Shown here piece by piece: positions 29,363-39,284 of a DNA stretch of 64,000 bases. The stretch is taken from IMG/VR virus record IMGVR_UViG_3300008262_003210. The stretch is one strand, 5' to 3'. The notes under the pieces are model-generated. The model was not told where the DNA came from. It did not search any database and saw nothing but the letters and a program-made list of their open reading frames with translations. Each line of letters starts with the position of its first letter. Position 1 is the stretch's first letter. Position numbers and translations under genes: made by a program. This DNA is from a virus (lineage: Duplodnaviria; Caudoviricetes).

Positions 29363-30804
29363 TCGCCCGCCCTATACTCGCCTTCAAACGATTTAGCCCA
29401 AAATACACCATTCCAGACGTACTGGACCCCAGTATATATATTCGTTTGATATATGAGTGTGTCGGATTCTTGAGTAGAATTAAAAATTATATACCAATTT
29501 GTATTATCAAATTCTATAATATCGTTTGCATAGGCAACTAGATTCCCCCAAGCACTAGCTGGTTGAGTGTTATTTTCGTTGCCTATATCTTCTATAATTA
29601 AGTATCGAGTACCTGCTACTGGTGACTCTGGATTATAGGTCAGGGGATTAATAATTGCATCAAATGTTCCTGGGCTTGCTGGCCTTAAGTTATTTGTTCC
29701 GTAGTCGGCATCAGTGTCCAAATTACCGTCGCTATCAATTCCTGTATTCGTATTAAGTGTATCTGCGTCCCAGGATACTTGTAGGATTGTTGGATCTAGT
29801 GGACTTATTGCCACTGTGCCTATAACTTCTGTTCCGTTTGATTGAGTTAAGTACAATGAACTTGATCCTGCTGTGTACTTTCCAGGATATTTGTCAAAAA
29901 GTGCTTGCCATTCAATTGGCGTTCCTTGACGAACAGGTATATCCAGTGTTGGTTCTCTAGGCACGCTGCTTTCTGATTTATTCAATAAAATTACTTGATT
30001 GTTATAAACTTGAACATTGTAATCTGTAATAGTAGCAGATTCGCGAGTTAACAACTGCCCCATAGCAATATCTGGACCTGCTAATGGCTGACCTAATCCT
30101 TCTATGTAAGAATTATTGTTTACATTTGCACCGTCATATAAACTTGTAATAATTTTAGTAATAACTCCAAGATGCTTAACTTTAACTGGAGGACTAATCC
30201 ATATAGGAGTTTCTAACTGTAGTGTTGCAATATCAATAGGACTATCAGTACCTACTGGAACACTACGACTAGACCATGTTGTCTGTGTTAGATTTAAAAT
30301 TGAAAGGCTTGTCCAGTCAACATAATTGTCGGTTGTCTGTAGTTCAAGGCTTGGATTAAACAATACTAGTATTTGTTCTAGTAACTGTAATTTTTGTTCA
30401 GTATTTGCAGTCCATATATCACACTTCATAGTTAACTTAAAAGGCGTTGGCATCAAACGCTCAACAGTATAGTTGCGTCCTTGTCCAGAAGTGTACACTG
30501 GATTATTTGGATCAGCGTCATTTATTTCGCGTTCTCTTACATGAACTTTGCCTACAAAAGTAGAGTCACTCATTCTAGTCATGTCTAAATCTAAACCAGA
30601 AATATAAACAGCAATTCTTGGCACACTACTAATTTTGTTTTCACTGTTTTGACGAACAATACTTGCCGCCTGCCTATCAGCATCTCCGTACATAACCGGA
30701 ACACGAACAAGAGTTCCATCTCCGTATTTGACTGTAAAATTACTCAACACACGAATAGTTTGAGTTAAGTACCTTCTTATTTGTCCGTCATAAAAAAATT
30801 GCAT
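29344..30804 (-). CDS. gp15: Tail terminator / sheath stabiliser (T4 gp15-like) with C-terminal extension
   Basis: FFYDGQIRRY...F......VPV.YG...R; QKLQLLEQILVLFNP. Confidence 0.75.
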   Translation of the reverse strand: MQFFYDGQIRRYLTQTIRVLSNFTVKYGDGTLVRVPVMYGDADRQAASIVRQNSENKISSVPRIAVYISGLDLDMTRMSDSTFVGKVHVREREINDADPNNPVYTSGQGRNYTVERLMPTPFKLTMKCDIWTANTEQKLQLLEQILVLFNPSLELQTTDNYVDWTSLSILNLTQTTWSSRSVPVGTDSPIDIATLQLETPIWISPPVKVKHLGVITKIITSLYDGANVNNNSYIEGLGQPLAGPDIAMGQLLTRESATITDYNVQVYNNQVILLNKSESSVPREPTLDIPVRQGTPIEWQALFDKYPGKYTAGSSSLYLTQSNGTEVIGTVAISPLDPTILQVSWDADTLNTNTGIDSDGNLDTDADYGTNNLRPASPGTFDAIINPLTYNPESPVAGTRYLIIEDIGNENNTQPASAWGNLVAYANDIIEFDNTNWYIIFNSTQESDTLIYQTNIYTGVQYVWNGVFWAKSFEGEYRAGEWRLEL

Positions 30805-32216
30805 TATAAATCTGCCTTTGGTCTAAGAGCTTTAGATAAACTCTGTCGTTGTGCTTCTCTATTCTTGCAAAGACTAATCTTCCAAGTGCCTGTATGAGGA
30901 ATAATTTGTTGCTCATCGCTAATTACAGGAAGTTCAATGCGAATTTTACCAGCGTTATTAGTTATCATGCTAGTATAATCTTCAATAGTAAAACCTATTT
31001 CCGTTGTTTCTAATTTTAATACCAGATATACTGCACCTGTTAAATCTGAATAGTTAATATTGGTGTCAAATTCAATATCGCCTTCGTCTAACTTCACCCA
31101 ATCAATTGCAGTTGCTTGATTGTAGATATAAGAAGTATTATTAATAAATCCAGTTTTAAGAGTTTGACGAGTATCGTTGTTGGTCATATTCATACGCACA
31201 GCATCTTCTACTTTAATCCAACGTGTGCCGTCAAAGCGGAATAATCTGTTGGGCATAAAATCTGTACGTAGGAAAAAATCATCTGGACCTGGTGCTTCGG
31301 GAAACTGTATGCCGTGGCCAAAATCATATCCGTTTTGCGGGAACCCATCTCCAACTAGATAACCAGTGTAACCAGTTCTGACAGGACGAGCATTGCTTTC
31401 TAGTGCAGTAATACTTGTTATAGATGCATCTAGTTCAGTTGTATCTGAAGTATTAAGTACAGTTTTTCCTTTTTCATCAACTGCCAAAGTATAAAACTGT
31501 CTTGTTTCATATCCACTCTTAGGAGCATCTGCTTCTGCTTGTTGAACAACAGCATCGTTAATCACAAGTTCTTGTGTTCTCATACTTAACAAATCACGCA
31601 GAGTTTTATCGCTTGGATTACCGTACGCATCAGTTGCTGGCTTATCTAAAATATCTGCGAATTGTTGTGCATCTAGTAATTTCTTGCAACGTAATCTATA
31701 CAAGTGAGGATACCATGTTGCACTAAATCCTTCGCTAGCACGGCCAACATCTTCAATTACGTAATATCTTGGCAGAGCAATGTCGTAATCATTTAATGCA
31801 AATTGGTCTTTTAAATGAGGTAATTCAATAACGTCACCTGATAAGGGTTTACGTCCAACATATTCAATAAAATTATTAATGTGGACCGTCATAAAAATTA
31901 TATCATTGTCAATGAATAATCCAAATTGACTTAGGTTAAAATCAATATTTGCAACATTATAGAGCCCGCGAATTTTGTAAATTTCTTCGCTGTATTTTCT
32001 GTCTCTATTTTCTAAAAATAACAAATCTTGAATGTTTGTTTCTTTGACAGCATCGTACACTGGTTGATCTGCTGTACCTTCGTCTTTTAGTTTAGGACCT
32101 AGATACTTGTGCAAATAAACATCTGTACCGCCAACCTGAAACATCTCAGAAATTGAGCGATCTATAAATTTGTAGTCTTGCCCTCGTTCGGGCTTATATA
32201 AGGATAATCGTGGCAT
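30804..32216 (-). CDS. gp14: Neck protein (T4 gp14-like head closure)
   Basis: Probable start MPRLSLY at 32216, 5 nt after GATAAATA; G.DVY.HKY, FGLFI, GRKP..GDVIELP motifs; adjacent to gp13 and gp15. Confidence 0.65.
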   Translation of the reverse strand: MPRLSLYKPERGQDYKFIDRSISEMFQVGGTDVYLHKYLGPKLKDEGTADQPVYDAVKETNIQDLLFLENRDRKYSEEIYKIRGLYNVANIDFNLSQFGLFIDNDIIFMTVHINNFIEYVGRKPLSGDVIELPHLKDQFALNDYDIALPRYYVIEDVGRASEGFSATWYPHLYRLRCKKLLDAQQFADILDKPATDAYGNPSDKTLRDLLSMRTQELVINDAVVQQAEADAPKSGYETRQFYTLAVDEKGKTVLNTSDTTELDASITSITALESNARPVRTGYTGYLVGDGFPQNGYDFGHGIQFPEAPGPDDFFLRTDFMPNRLFRFDGTRWIKVEDAVRMNMTNNDTRQTLKTGFINNTSYIYNQATAIDWVKLDEGDIEFDTNINYSDLTGAVYLVLKLETTEIGFTIEDYTSMITNNAGKIRIELPVISDEQQIIPHTGTWKISLCKNREAQRQSLSKALRPKADL

Positions 32217-32221
32217 AATGA

Positions 32222-32241
32222 TATTTATCGCTAGATAAATA
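32222..32241. promoter_or_regulatory. Back-to-back T4-type late promoters (GATAAATA on each strand)
   Basis: Minus copy at 32229-32222 serves gp14; plus copy at 32234-32241 serves gp13. T4 late consensus is TATAAATA. Confidence 0.65.
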
Positions 32242-32258
32242 TAGTAGGAGAACTTAAA

Positions 32259-33053
32259 ATGGCAGATATATACCCGCAAGATCCTGGGCTTTCTGATAGC
32301 ACAATAGAGCGAAACAAAGCATTTGACTATGTTCGCAATATGCTAGGCGACGGCATGGTCGAAGTAGAATTAGATCCAAAACACTACGAAACAGCATTAG
32401 ATCGTGCGCTAACTAAATTTCGTCAGCGTAGTAGTAATGCAGTGGAAGAAAGTTACATGTTTTTAGAACTAATTCAAGACGTGAACGAATACAGACTGCC
32501 AGATGAAGTTATCGAAGTTCAGAGTATTTTTAGACGTGCAGTGGGTTCTCGTAGCGGTTTGGGTGCAGGCGGAACATTGTTCGAGCCGTTCAACTTGGCG
32601 TACACAAACAGCTACTTGTTAACTGGTAGTATGATGGGCGGACTAGCAACATATGAAATGTTTGCTGGATATCAAAAATTAGTAGGACGTATGTTTGGTG
32701 CTTACATAGAATTTAAATGGCGTCAAACTAATCATATACTAACCATACTGCAACGTCCTTTTGCAGCAGGTGAACAAGTACTGTTAAGAACTCATAACTT
32801 CCGTCCAGATTTCATTTTACTACAAGACATCTATGCAAAGCAGTGGTTGTACGACTACACATTAGCAGTATGTAAACTAATGCTAGGTGAAGCTCGTAGT
32901 AAATTTGGAAATATTGCCGGACCCGGTGGATCAGGAATACAACTTAACGGTACTGCACTTATGACCGCAGGCCAACAAGAAATCGAAAAACTTGAAAAAG
33001 AAATCAACGATATGGTTCCGGGCGGTACACCGCTAACATTTGTAATTGGTTAA
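32259..33053 (+). CDS. gp13: Neck protein (T4 gp13-like)
   Basis: LG...VEVELD..HYE.A...AL; W..DYTLA..K..LGEAR.KF..I.GP.G..I.LNG; AGGAG RBS. Confidence 0.8.
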   Translation: MADIYPQDPGLSDSTIERNKAFDYVRNMLGDGMVEVELDPKHYETALDRALTKFRQRSSNAVEESYMFLELIQDVNEYRLPDEVIEVQSIFRRAVGSRSGLGAGGTLFEPFNLAYTNSYLLTGSMMGGLATYEMFAGYQKLVGRMFGAYIEFKWRQTNHILTILQRPFAAGEQVLLRTHNFRPDFILLQDIYAKQWLYDYTLAVCKLMLGEARSKFGNIAGPGGSGIQLNGTALMTAGQQEIEKLEKEINDMVPGGTPLTFVIG

Positions 33054-33060
33054 AAATATC

Positions 33061-33089
33061 TTGACCTTGTAATAAACCTGTTATATACT
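33061..33089 (+). promoter_or_regulatory. sigma70-type promoter of the dNMP kinase gene
   Basis: TTGACC-N17-TATACT. Confidence 0.7.
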
Positions 33090-33111
33090 AGAGCTAACTT
33101 AGGAGAGCTCT

Positions 33112-33795
33112 ATGATTATAGGCGTGTGTGGTTTTATTGGTTCTGGCAAAGATACAGTTGCCGATTATCTAGTTAATTTTCATGGCTTTAGGCGAGAAAG
33201 TTTTGCTAATAGCTTAAAAGATGCTGTTGCCCATGTATTTGGCTGGGACAGAACTATGCTAGAAGGCCGCACAAAACAAGCACGTGAATGGCGCGAACAA
33301 GTAGATCCGTGGTGGGCTAACCGCTTGAATATGCCCAACTTAACTCCAAGACTAATGCTACAACTATGGGGCACCGAAGTATGCCGCAGAGGCTTTCATG
33401 ATGATATTTGGATTGCTAGCCTAGAAAATAAACTACGCAATAGCACAGACGACGTTGTCATTAGCGATTGTCGCTTTCCTAATGAAATTAAATCAATTAA
33501 AACTGCCGGTGGCGTTGTAGTACGTGTTATCCGAGGTGAAGAACCTGAGTGGTACGAAGATGCTATTAATGCTAACCGTGGAGAAGTTGGTAATTTCTCA
33601 TGGGCTACTAGTCGTAGTAGGCTTGAAAAACTAGGCATTCACGCTAGCGAAACAGCGTGGGTTGGAACTAAGTTTGATGCTATCCTAGACAACAACGGCA
33701 GTATTGATGATCTGTATGCAAAAATTAGAGATCTGGTATCAGATCCCCTTGACGCCAACGAACGCCCTCTTTATGCAGGACTCGTTGGCAATTAG
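33112..33795 (+). CDS. gp1: Deoxynucleoside monophosphate kinase (T4 gp1-like)
   Basis: IIGVCGFIGSGKDT P-loop, SFA..LK, R..LQ.WGTE.CR, VISDCRFPNE, H.SE. Confidence 0.9.
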   Translation: MIIGVCGFIGSGKDTVADYLVNFHGFRRESFANSLKDAVAHVFGWDRTMLEGRTKQAREWREQVDPWWANRLNMPNLTPRLMLQLWGTEVCRRGFHDDIWIASLENKLRNSTDDVVISDCRFPNEIKSIKTAGGVVVRVIRGEEPEWYEDAINANRGEVGNFSWATSRSRLEKLGIHASETAWVGTKFDAILDNNGSIDDLYAKIRDLVSDPLDANERPLYAGLVGN

Positions 33796-34051
33796 CACAT
33801 ATTGTTTTAAGGTTGTTATGGCGGCAATTGTTTAAGTCGCCATCTACATGAAACACATTAAACACTTCTCGGTGATTGCTTTTAAACCCGCACTTATCGC
33901 AAGTGTTTTTTATTTTATAGCCAGCACTTTGCCACCGAGGTGCAGTTATACCTCGTAGACAGTACCCACAACGTTTTCTATAAAACGCTTTTCCTTCCTT
34001 GTAGTAATTGATTGCTACAGGATGTCTTCCGCATAAACAAAGTGGCCTCAT
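33725..34051 (-). CDS. Zn-finger/HNH-like small protein
   Basis: CxC...CxxC...CDKCGF...HVDGD.NN....NL.TICANCQR; CTTAAATA 5 nt upstream. Confidence 0.7.
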   Translation of the reverse strand: MRPLCLCGRHPVAINYYKEGKAFYRKRCGYCLRGITAPRWQSAGYKIKNTCDKCGFKSNHREVFNVFHVDGDLNNCRHNNLKTICANCQRVLHKEGVRWRQGDLIPDL

Positions 34052-34056
34052 ACGAA

Positions 34057-34064
34057 TATTTAAG
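34057..34064 (-). promoter_or_regulatory. Late promoter CTTAAATA
   Basis: TAAATA core 5 nt before the ATG at 34051. Confidence 0.55.
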
Positions 34065-34117
34065 CCTTTTTAGGACCTTTTTCACGGTAGATATACCTGT
34101 CAAAAAGCCAAAATACA

Positions 34118-34124
34118 CTAAATA
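34118..34124 (+). promoter_or_regulatory. Late promoter CTAAATA for the sheath-tube operon
   Basis: TAAATA core about 30 nt upstream of the sheath ATG; GGAG RBS follows. Confidence 0.55.
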
Positions 34125-34155
34125 CAATTAGAAATCGTATTCATGGAGATCATAA

Positions 34156-37100
34156 ATGGCTCAACTTAATTCACCGGGCGTAAGCGTAACAGTTATCGAT
34201 GAAAGTTTTTATACATCGGCTGCACCTGGAACCACACCTTTAATTATTGTAACGTCTGAACAAGACAAATCAAATGGTGCATCAACAGGTACTGCTGTTG
34301 GTACTACTGCTATAAACGCAGGCAAAGTCTATCTAATGACTAGCCAAAAAGAGTTAGCAGATACATTTGGCACACCAATTTTTAAAACTGACGCAAACAA
34401 TAATCCAATTCATGCTGGAGAACAAAACGAGTATGGTCTTCAAGCAGCATATAGTTATTTAGGCGTAAGCAACCGTGCTTATATTGTAAGAGCGGATGTT
34501 GACCTTGGTCAACTAGATCCTAGTGCAGAAGCACCTTCAGGTGATCCTGAAGATGGTACTTTATGGTTTGACACAAGAAGTACAAATTTTGGTATTTTTC
34601 AATGGAACAGCTCAGAAGCAACAGTTACTGGCGGGCAGACCTTTAGTAATAAAGTTCCTTTGGTAATTACAGCATCTAGCGACATCGATGCAGGCGCTCC
34701 TAAGACTAGCATTGGAGCAGTTGGAGATTATGCACTTGTTTTACAAGATGCTGTCTACACCCTATTCTTTAAGAAAGGCAACACAGGCGGATCAGGACCT
34801 GCAACAGGAGCGTGGGTGGCAGTTGGAAGTTCTAACTGGATTAGAAGTTGGCCAGCAGCTCAAAGTTTAGCAACTCCTGCGGCACTATTGGTTGGTGATA
34901 CCCTTTCTATTACTGTAGACGGTAATACAAATAATTACACAGGACATACAACATTAAGTTCTCTAGTAACTGACATCAATACAACGAACGAAGGTATTGG
35001 CGATGAGACCGATGCTCGCGGCATTTCTGCGGCAGTAATTAATGGTCGATTAGAATTGTACACAACTGGAGAAAACTTCAGTGTTAGCGGTACTGCTGTT
35101 GCAAAACTAAGACTAGTATCAGATGGTAGCGGTTCATGGGCAAGCTCAGGAACATTTATTGCACCTACTCTTAAAACAAGCCCGCACTACACAGTTCCTA
35201 CATTTAAACGTTCAGACAACAATTCGTCTGTTCAAGGATACCCAACTGGGTCTCTATGGGTTAAAACAACAGATCCTAATTTAGGTGCTCGTTGGAGAGT
35301 TAAAGTTTATAACGAAGCTATTAATAGTTGGGTTGATAAAACAGCACCGTTGTTTAGTTCAAATGCAGAAGCACTTAAAGGGCTAGACTCAGCAGGTGGC
35401 GGTATTAACTTAACACAAAGCGCACTATTTGTAAAAACAAACGTAGACGAATCAGTAAACGGCCAAGGCAATGTTGTTAACGCAAATTTCAAAATTTACG
35501 CTCGTAAGGTATCAGGCGCAACTGAAATTTCTTCAACTTCTTCTTTCACTGGATTTACAGCTGGTAGCAATGAGTTTACAATTCAGGAAACAGTTAAAGG
35601 AAAAGCAACACTTTCAGACGCTCTTACTGTTGAATTTACAGCATTAGGCGGTTCATCAAATGCCGCAGCTGATATTGACACATTTATTGCTGCACTAACA
35701 GCTAAATTAAGCGATGCTACTTGGGCAACATCTCCAATTAGTTCAAGAGTAACTGTTTCTAAAACAACTACTGGAACAGTTTTAATTCGTCATAACGATG
35801 GCGGAGATATTGTATTTGATGAATCAACAGCAACTCCGTTAACAGATCTTTTCACTCCATATACTGTAGATGTAAACGGTGTTGGACAAGGTACTGTTAA
35901 TTTTTATGACAACAGCACTGGAAGCGGATATGTTGCATCTCTTTGGAGCCCATACCCAGCAATTTCTACCAGTTCAGACGCACCAACTACAGAAGCACCA
36001 GATGGACAATTATGGTACAACTCTATGGTTGATGAAGTTGATGTGTTAGTTCACAACGGCGAAACATGGGTAGGTTATCAATACAACGGTACTGGAATTT
36101 CTGCAATTACTTCTCCATATTATACAGCGGTAGAAGATGACAAAACTGATCCAAAAGGCCCAATCATAAGTGCCACAAAACCAAAGACACAAACAGATGG
36201 TACTTCATTAGTATCTGGAGATTTGTGGGTTGACACCAGCGATTTGGAAAATTATCCTTCGCTTTACAAATACAATAAAGATTTAGGAAAATGGGTTGCA
36301 GTAGATACAGGCGACCAAACAACTGAAGAAGGAATTCTATTTGCAGACGCTCGTTGGGCTACATCAGGAGAATCTGCTGATTCTTCAACAGTAATAGAAC
36401 TGTTAGTTAGCGACTTTGTAGACTTCGATGCACCAGACCCTGCATTGTACCCACGTGGTATGTTGTTATGGAATTTACGTCGTTCAGGATTTAATGTTAA
36501 GAAATTTGTACACGATTACATTGATGTTACTGCTGATAACGTAAGACAAGACGGCGCTAGCATGGCAAATTATTATGCTAATCGTTGGGTTACTGAGTCT
36601 GGCAATCAAGCTAGCGGAGCAGGAACATTTGGCCGTAAAGCACAACGTAAAGTGATTGTTCAATCATTGCAAGCTCTTGTAAACAGCAATCAACAAATTA
36701 GAGATGAAGAAAGCCGTATATTTAATTTAATCGCTTGCCCAGGATATCCTGAATTAATTAGTGAAATGACAGCACTTAATTACGACAGAGGATTAACTGC
36801 GTTTGTTGTAGGAGATACTCCAGCAAGATTAACACCAGATGCAACTAGCCTCAATAATTGGGGCAAGAACGTTGCAGGTGCATTTGAAGACAATGACGAC
36901 GGTTTAGTTACTTCAGACGAATATCTAGGAATTTTCTATCCATGGGGCTTTACTAGCGACAACATTGGTAATAACATTGTTGTTCCTCCAAGTAACATGA
37001 TTTTACGTACTATTGCATTAAATGACCAAGTTAGTTATCCATGGTTTGCACCAGCAGGTACACGTCGCGGCGGCATTACTAATGCAACAGCAGTTGGTTA

Positions 37101-37575
37101 CATTACCAGCGAAGGCGAATTCCAATCTGTATCATTAAATACTGGACAACGAGACACTCTTGCTGATAGTAAAATTAATCCAATTACATTTATCACAGGA
37201 ACTGGACTTGTTAACTACGGGCAATATACTCGTGCTAGAAACGCCAGTGCATTGGATCGTATCAATGTAGCTCGTCTAGTAGTTTACCTACGTCGTCAGT
37301 TTGCACTATTGGCCAAACCATATGTATTTGAACCAAACGACAAAGTAACAAGAGATGAATTAAAAGGTGCTGTAGAAAGCCTACTTTTAGAATTAGTAGG
37401 ACAACGTGCTCTATATGACTACATTGTAGTTTGTGATACAAGTAATAATACCCCAGCACGTATTGACAGAAACGAACTATATCTAGACGTTGCGATTGAA
37501 CCAGTTAAGGCAGTGGAATTTATCTATATTCCACTACGCTTGAAGAACACTGGCGAAATCAAGGGCCTAGCATAA
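34156..37575 (+). CDS. gp18: Tail sheath protein, expanded (1139 aa)
   Basis: N-terminal L.SPGVSV..IDESFY; C-terminal WFAPAG..RG, LDRINVARL, FEPND..TR, VCD.SNNT...ID.NEL..D..I.P.KAVEFIYI. Confidence 0.9.
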   Translation: MAQLNSPGVSVTVIDESFYTSAAPGTTPLIIVTSEQDKSNGASTGTAVGTTAINAGKVYLMTSQKELADTFGTPIFKTDANNNPIHAGEQNEYGLQAAYSYLGVSNRAYIVRADVDLGQLDPSAEAPSGDPEDGTLWFDTRSTNFGIFQWNSSEATVTGGQTFSNKVPLVITASSDIDAGAPKTSIGAVGDYALVLQDAVYTLFFKKGNTGGSGPATGAWVAVGSSNWIRSWPAAQSLATPAALLVGDTLSITVDGNTNNYTGHTTLSSLVTDINTTNEGIGDETDARGISAAVINGRLELYTTGENFSVSGTAVAKLRLVSDGSGSWASSGTFIAPTLKTSPHYTVPTFKRSDNNSSVQGYPTGSLWVKTTDPNLGARWRVKVYNEAINSWVDKTAPLFSSNAEALKGLDSAGGGINLTQSALFVKTNVDESVNGQGNVVNANFKIYARKVSGATEISSTSSFTGFTAGSNEFTIQETVKGKATLSDALTVEFTALGGSSNAAADIDTFIAALTAKLSDATWATSPISSRVTVSKTTTGTVLIRHNDGGDIVFDESTATPLTDLFTPYTVDVNGVGQGTVNFYDNSTGSGYVASLWSPYPAISTSSDAPTTEAPDGQLWYNSMVDEVDVLVHNGETWVGYQYNGTGISAITSPYYTAVEDDKTDPKGPIISATKPKTQTDGTSLVSGDLWVDTSDLENYPSLYKYNKDLGKWVAVDTGDQTTEEGILFADARWATSGESADSSTVIELLVSDFVDFDAPDPALYPRGMLLWNLRRSGFNVKKFVHDYIDVTADNVRQDGASMANYYANRWVTESGNQASGAGTFGRKAQRKVIVQSLQALVNSNQQIRDEESRIFNLIACPGYPELISEMTALNYDRGLTAFVVGDTPARLTPDATSLNNWGKNVAGAFEDNDDGLVTSDEYLGIFYPWGFTSDNIGNNIVVPPSNMILRTIALNDQVSYPWFAPAGTRRGGITNATAVGYITSEGEFQSVSLNTGQRDTLADSKINPITFITGTGLVNYGQYTRARNASALDRINVARLVVYLRRQFALLAKPYVFEPNDKVTRDELKGAVESLLLELVGQRALYDYIVVCDTSNNTPARIDRNELYLDVAIEPVKAVEFIYIPLRLKNTGEIKGLA

Positions 37576-37594
37576 TAATAACGGAGCATACAAA

Positions 37595-38218
37595 ATGGCA
37601 ATCGCAAGTTTATCAAAATTTACAGTACCTTTAGCAACTGATCAATCAGCTAGTGCTCAAGGTATGTTGATGCCGAAGTTAAAATATCGCTTTAGAGTGA
37701 TGTTTGAAAACTTTGGAGTTTCAACACCAACTACAGAACTAACAAAACAAGTTCAAGATGCAGCTCGTCCAAGTGTTACTTTTGAAAACCAGAAAATTAT
37801 GGTTTATAACTCAACTATTAACTACGCAGGCCGTCCAACATGGAATGAACTTATAGTTAAACTTCGTGACGATGTAACTGGTCAAGTTTCGAAACTTGTT
37901 GGTGAGCAAATGCAAAAGCAATTTGACTTCTTTGAACAAAGTAGCGCAGCTTCAGGCGGCGACTACAAGTTCTTAATGCGTGTTGAAATGCTAGACGGCG
38001 GCAACGGAGCACAAACACCTAACGTTCTTGAAACATGGGAGTGCTATGGTTGTTATGTCAAAGCTGCAAACTATAACCAAATTGGTTACGGTACTCAGGA
38101 TATGTTAACCATTGATTTAACAATTCAACCAGATAACTGTATTCAAACATCAGGTGGAGCAAGTGCTCCTACTTCAAGACGTATTGGTACAGCAGCAACA
38201 GCAGCTGGAGCAAGATAA
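37595..38218 (+). CDS. gp19: Tail tube protein
   Basis: Follows the sheath gene; PKL.YRFRV.F, P...FE...I..YNS...YAG...W, WE..GC motifs. Confidence 0.8.
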   Translation: MAIASLSKFTVPLATDQSASAQGMLMPKLKYRFRVMFENFGVSTPTTELTKQVQDAARPSVTFENQKIMVYNSTINYAGRPTWNELIVKLRDDVTGQVSKLVGEQMQKQFDFFEQSSAASGGDYKFLMRVEMLDGGNGAQTPNVLETWECYGCYVKAANYNQIGYGTQDMLTIDLTIQPDNCIQTSGGASAPTSRRIGTAATAAGAR

Positions 38219-38225
38219 TAAAACT

Positions 38226-38249
38226 GGCCTACTTAGTAGGCCTTTTTTA
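38226..38249 (+). terminator. Rho-independent terminator after the tube gene
   Basis: GGCCTAC-TTA-GTAGGCC followed by T7. Confidence 0.85.
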
Positions 38250-38283
38250 TAGGTAACCATTAACTACTCAGTTAATAACCATA

Positions 38284-38291
38284 GATAAATA
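38284..38291 (+). promoter_or_regulatory. Late promoter GATAAATA
   Basis: 5 nt before the ATG at 38297. Confidence 0.6.
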
Positions 38292-38296
38292 TTTGT

Positions 38297-39283
38297 ATGG
38301 CATTCACACCTAATAATTTTTTATATTCTCCAAGCAACGTCACGTTGAAAGACTATCAACATGCGGCACGTATTTTTGTTGACGATCAATTTAGACTAGC
38401 TCCAAAACTTAAATTTTTATTTCATGTTGCCTTTAGCATTAATCCTGCGGCTTTACGCAACATAGATCTAGTTGAAAAATATAGAAACGAAATTAATGTA
38501 TTAGTAAAAGCAGTTGATCTTCCTCAGTTTAAAGTTAGTACTGACACACTGAATCAGTACAACAGAAAAAAAGTCATTCAAACAACACACAAATACGAAC
38601 CAATAAATGTTACGTTTCACGACGACAACATGGGTTTAATTAATCAGTTATGGCAAAATTACTATAGTTACTATTATGCAGACACTAATAGTGCTAGTAC
38701 CCCAGGCGCTTATAGAAGGAATGCAACTCGGAACTCAAATTTTATAACAACGCCTTATGGTCTAGACAATGGCAGTACAACACCATTTTTTAACTATATT
38801 ACAATTTATCAAATGGCTCGTCACGAATATGTTAGTTATACGTTAGTTAATCCGTTGATTAATTCATTTAACCACAACAAACTAGATTCAGCACAACCCG
38901 GCATTCATGATTTTACTATGGGAATTGCATTTGAATCGGTAGCCTATTCGTATGGTGAAGTGACAACAGGCGATCCAGATGGATTTGGCTTTCAACATTA
39001 CGATCAAATTCCAAGCTCTTTACAAGCTGGAGATACTCCATCGCAAGCACTTTCTAGTTTCAACAGTGGTAGTTTAGATGGAACACAAGTATTAGATACT
39101 GTTTCTCAACAGATTAACACATATCAAAACACCAAAGAAAATCAAAATTCAGGAGCAGTAACATCTGCTTCAACACCTCAAACTAGTACAAGCACTAGCG
39201 GGTTACAAGGATTCAATTTTCCCTCAGCTACAGTAAGTAATCCTCAAGCAGTGGTTGCTTCTCAGTCATCAATAGGACGATAA
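38297..39283 (+). CDS. Tube-fold baseplate/tail tube initiator (gp54/gp48-like)
   Basis: LVKAVDLP.F......NQYNRK.......Y.PI.VTFHDD; next to the tube gene. Confidence 0.6.
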   Translation: MAFTPNNFLYSPSNVTLKDYQHAARIFVDDQFRLAPKLKFLFHVAFSINPAALRNIDLVEKYRNEINVLVKAVDLPQFKVSTDTLNQYNRKKVIQTTHKYEPINVTFHDDNMGLINQLWQNYYSYYYADTNSASTPGAYRRNATRNSNFITTPYGLDNGSTTPFFNYITIYQMARHEYVSYTLVNPLINSFNHNKLDSAQPGIHDFTMGIAFESVAYSYGEVTTGDPDGFGFQHYDQIPSSLQAGDTPSQALSSFNSGSLDGTQVLDTVSQQINTYQNTKENQNSGAVTSASTPQTSTSTSGLQGFNFPSATVSNPQAVVASQSSIGR

Positions 39284-39284
39284 C

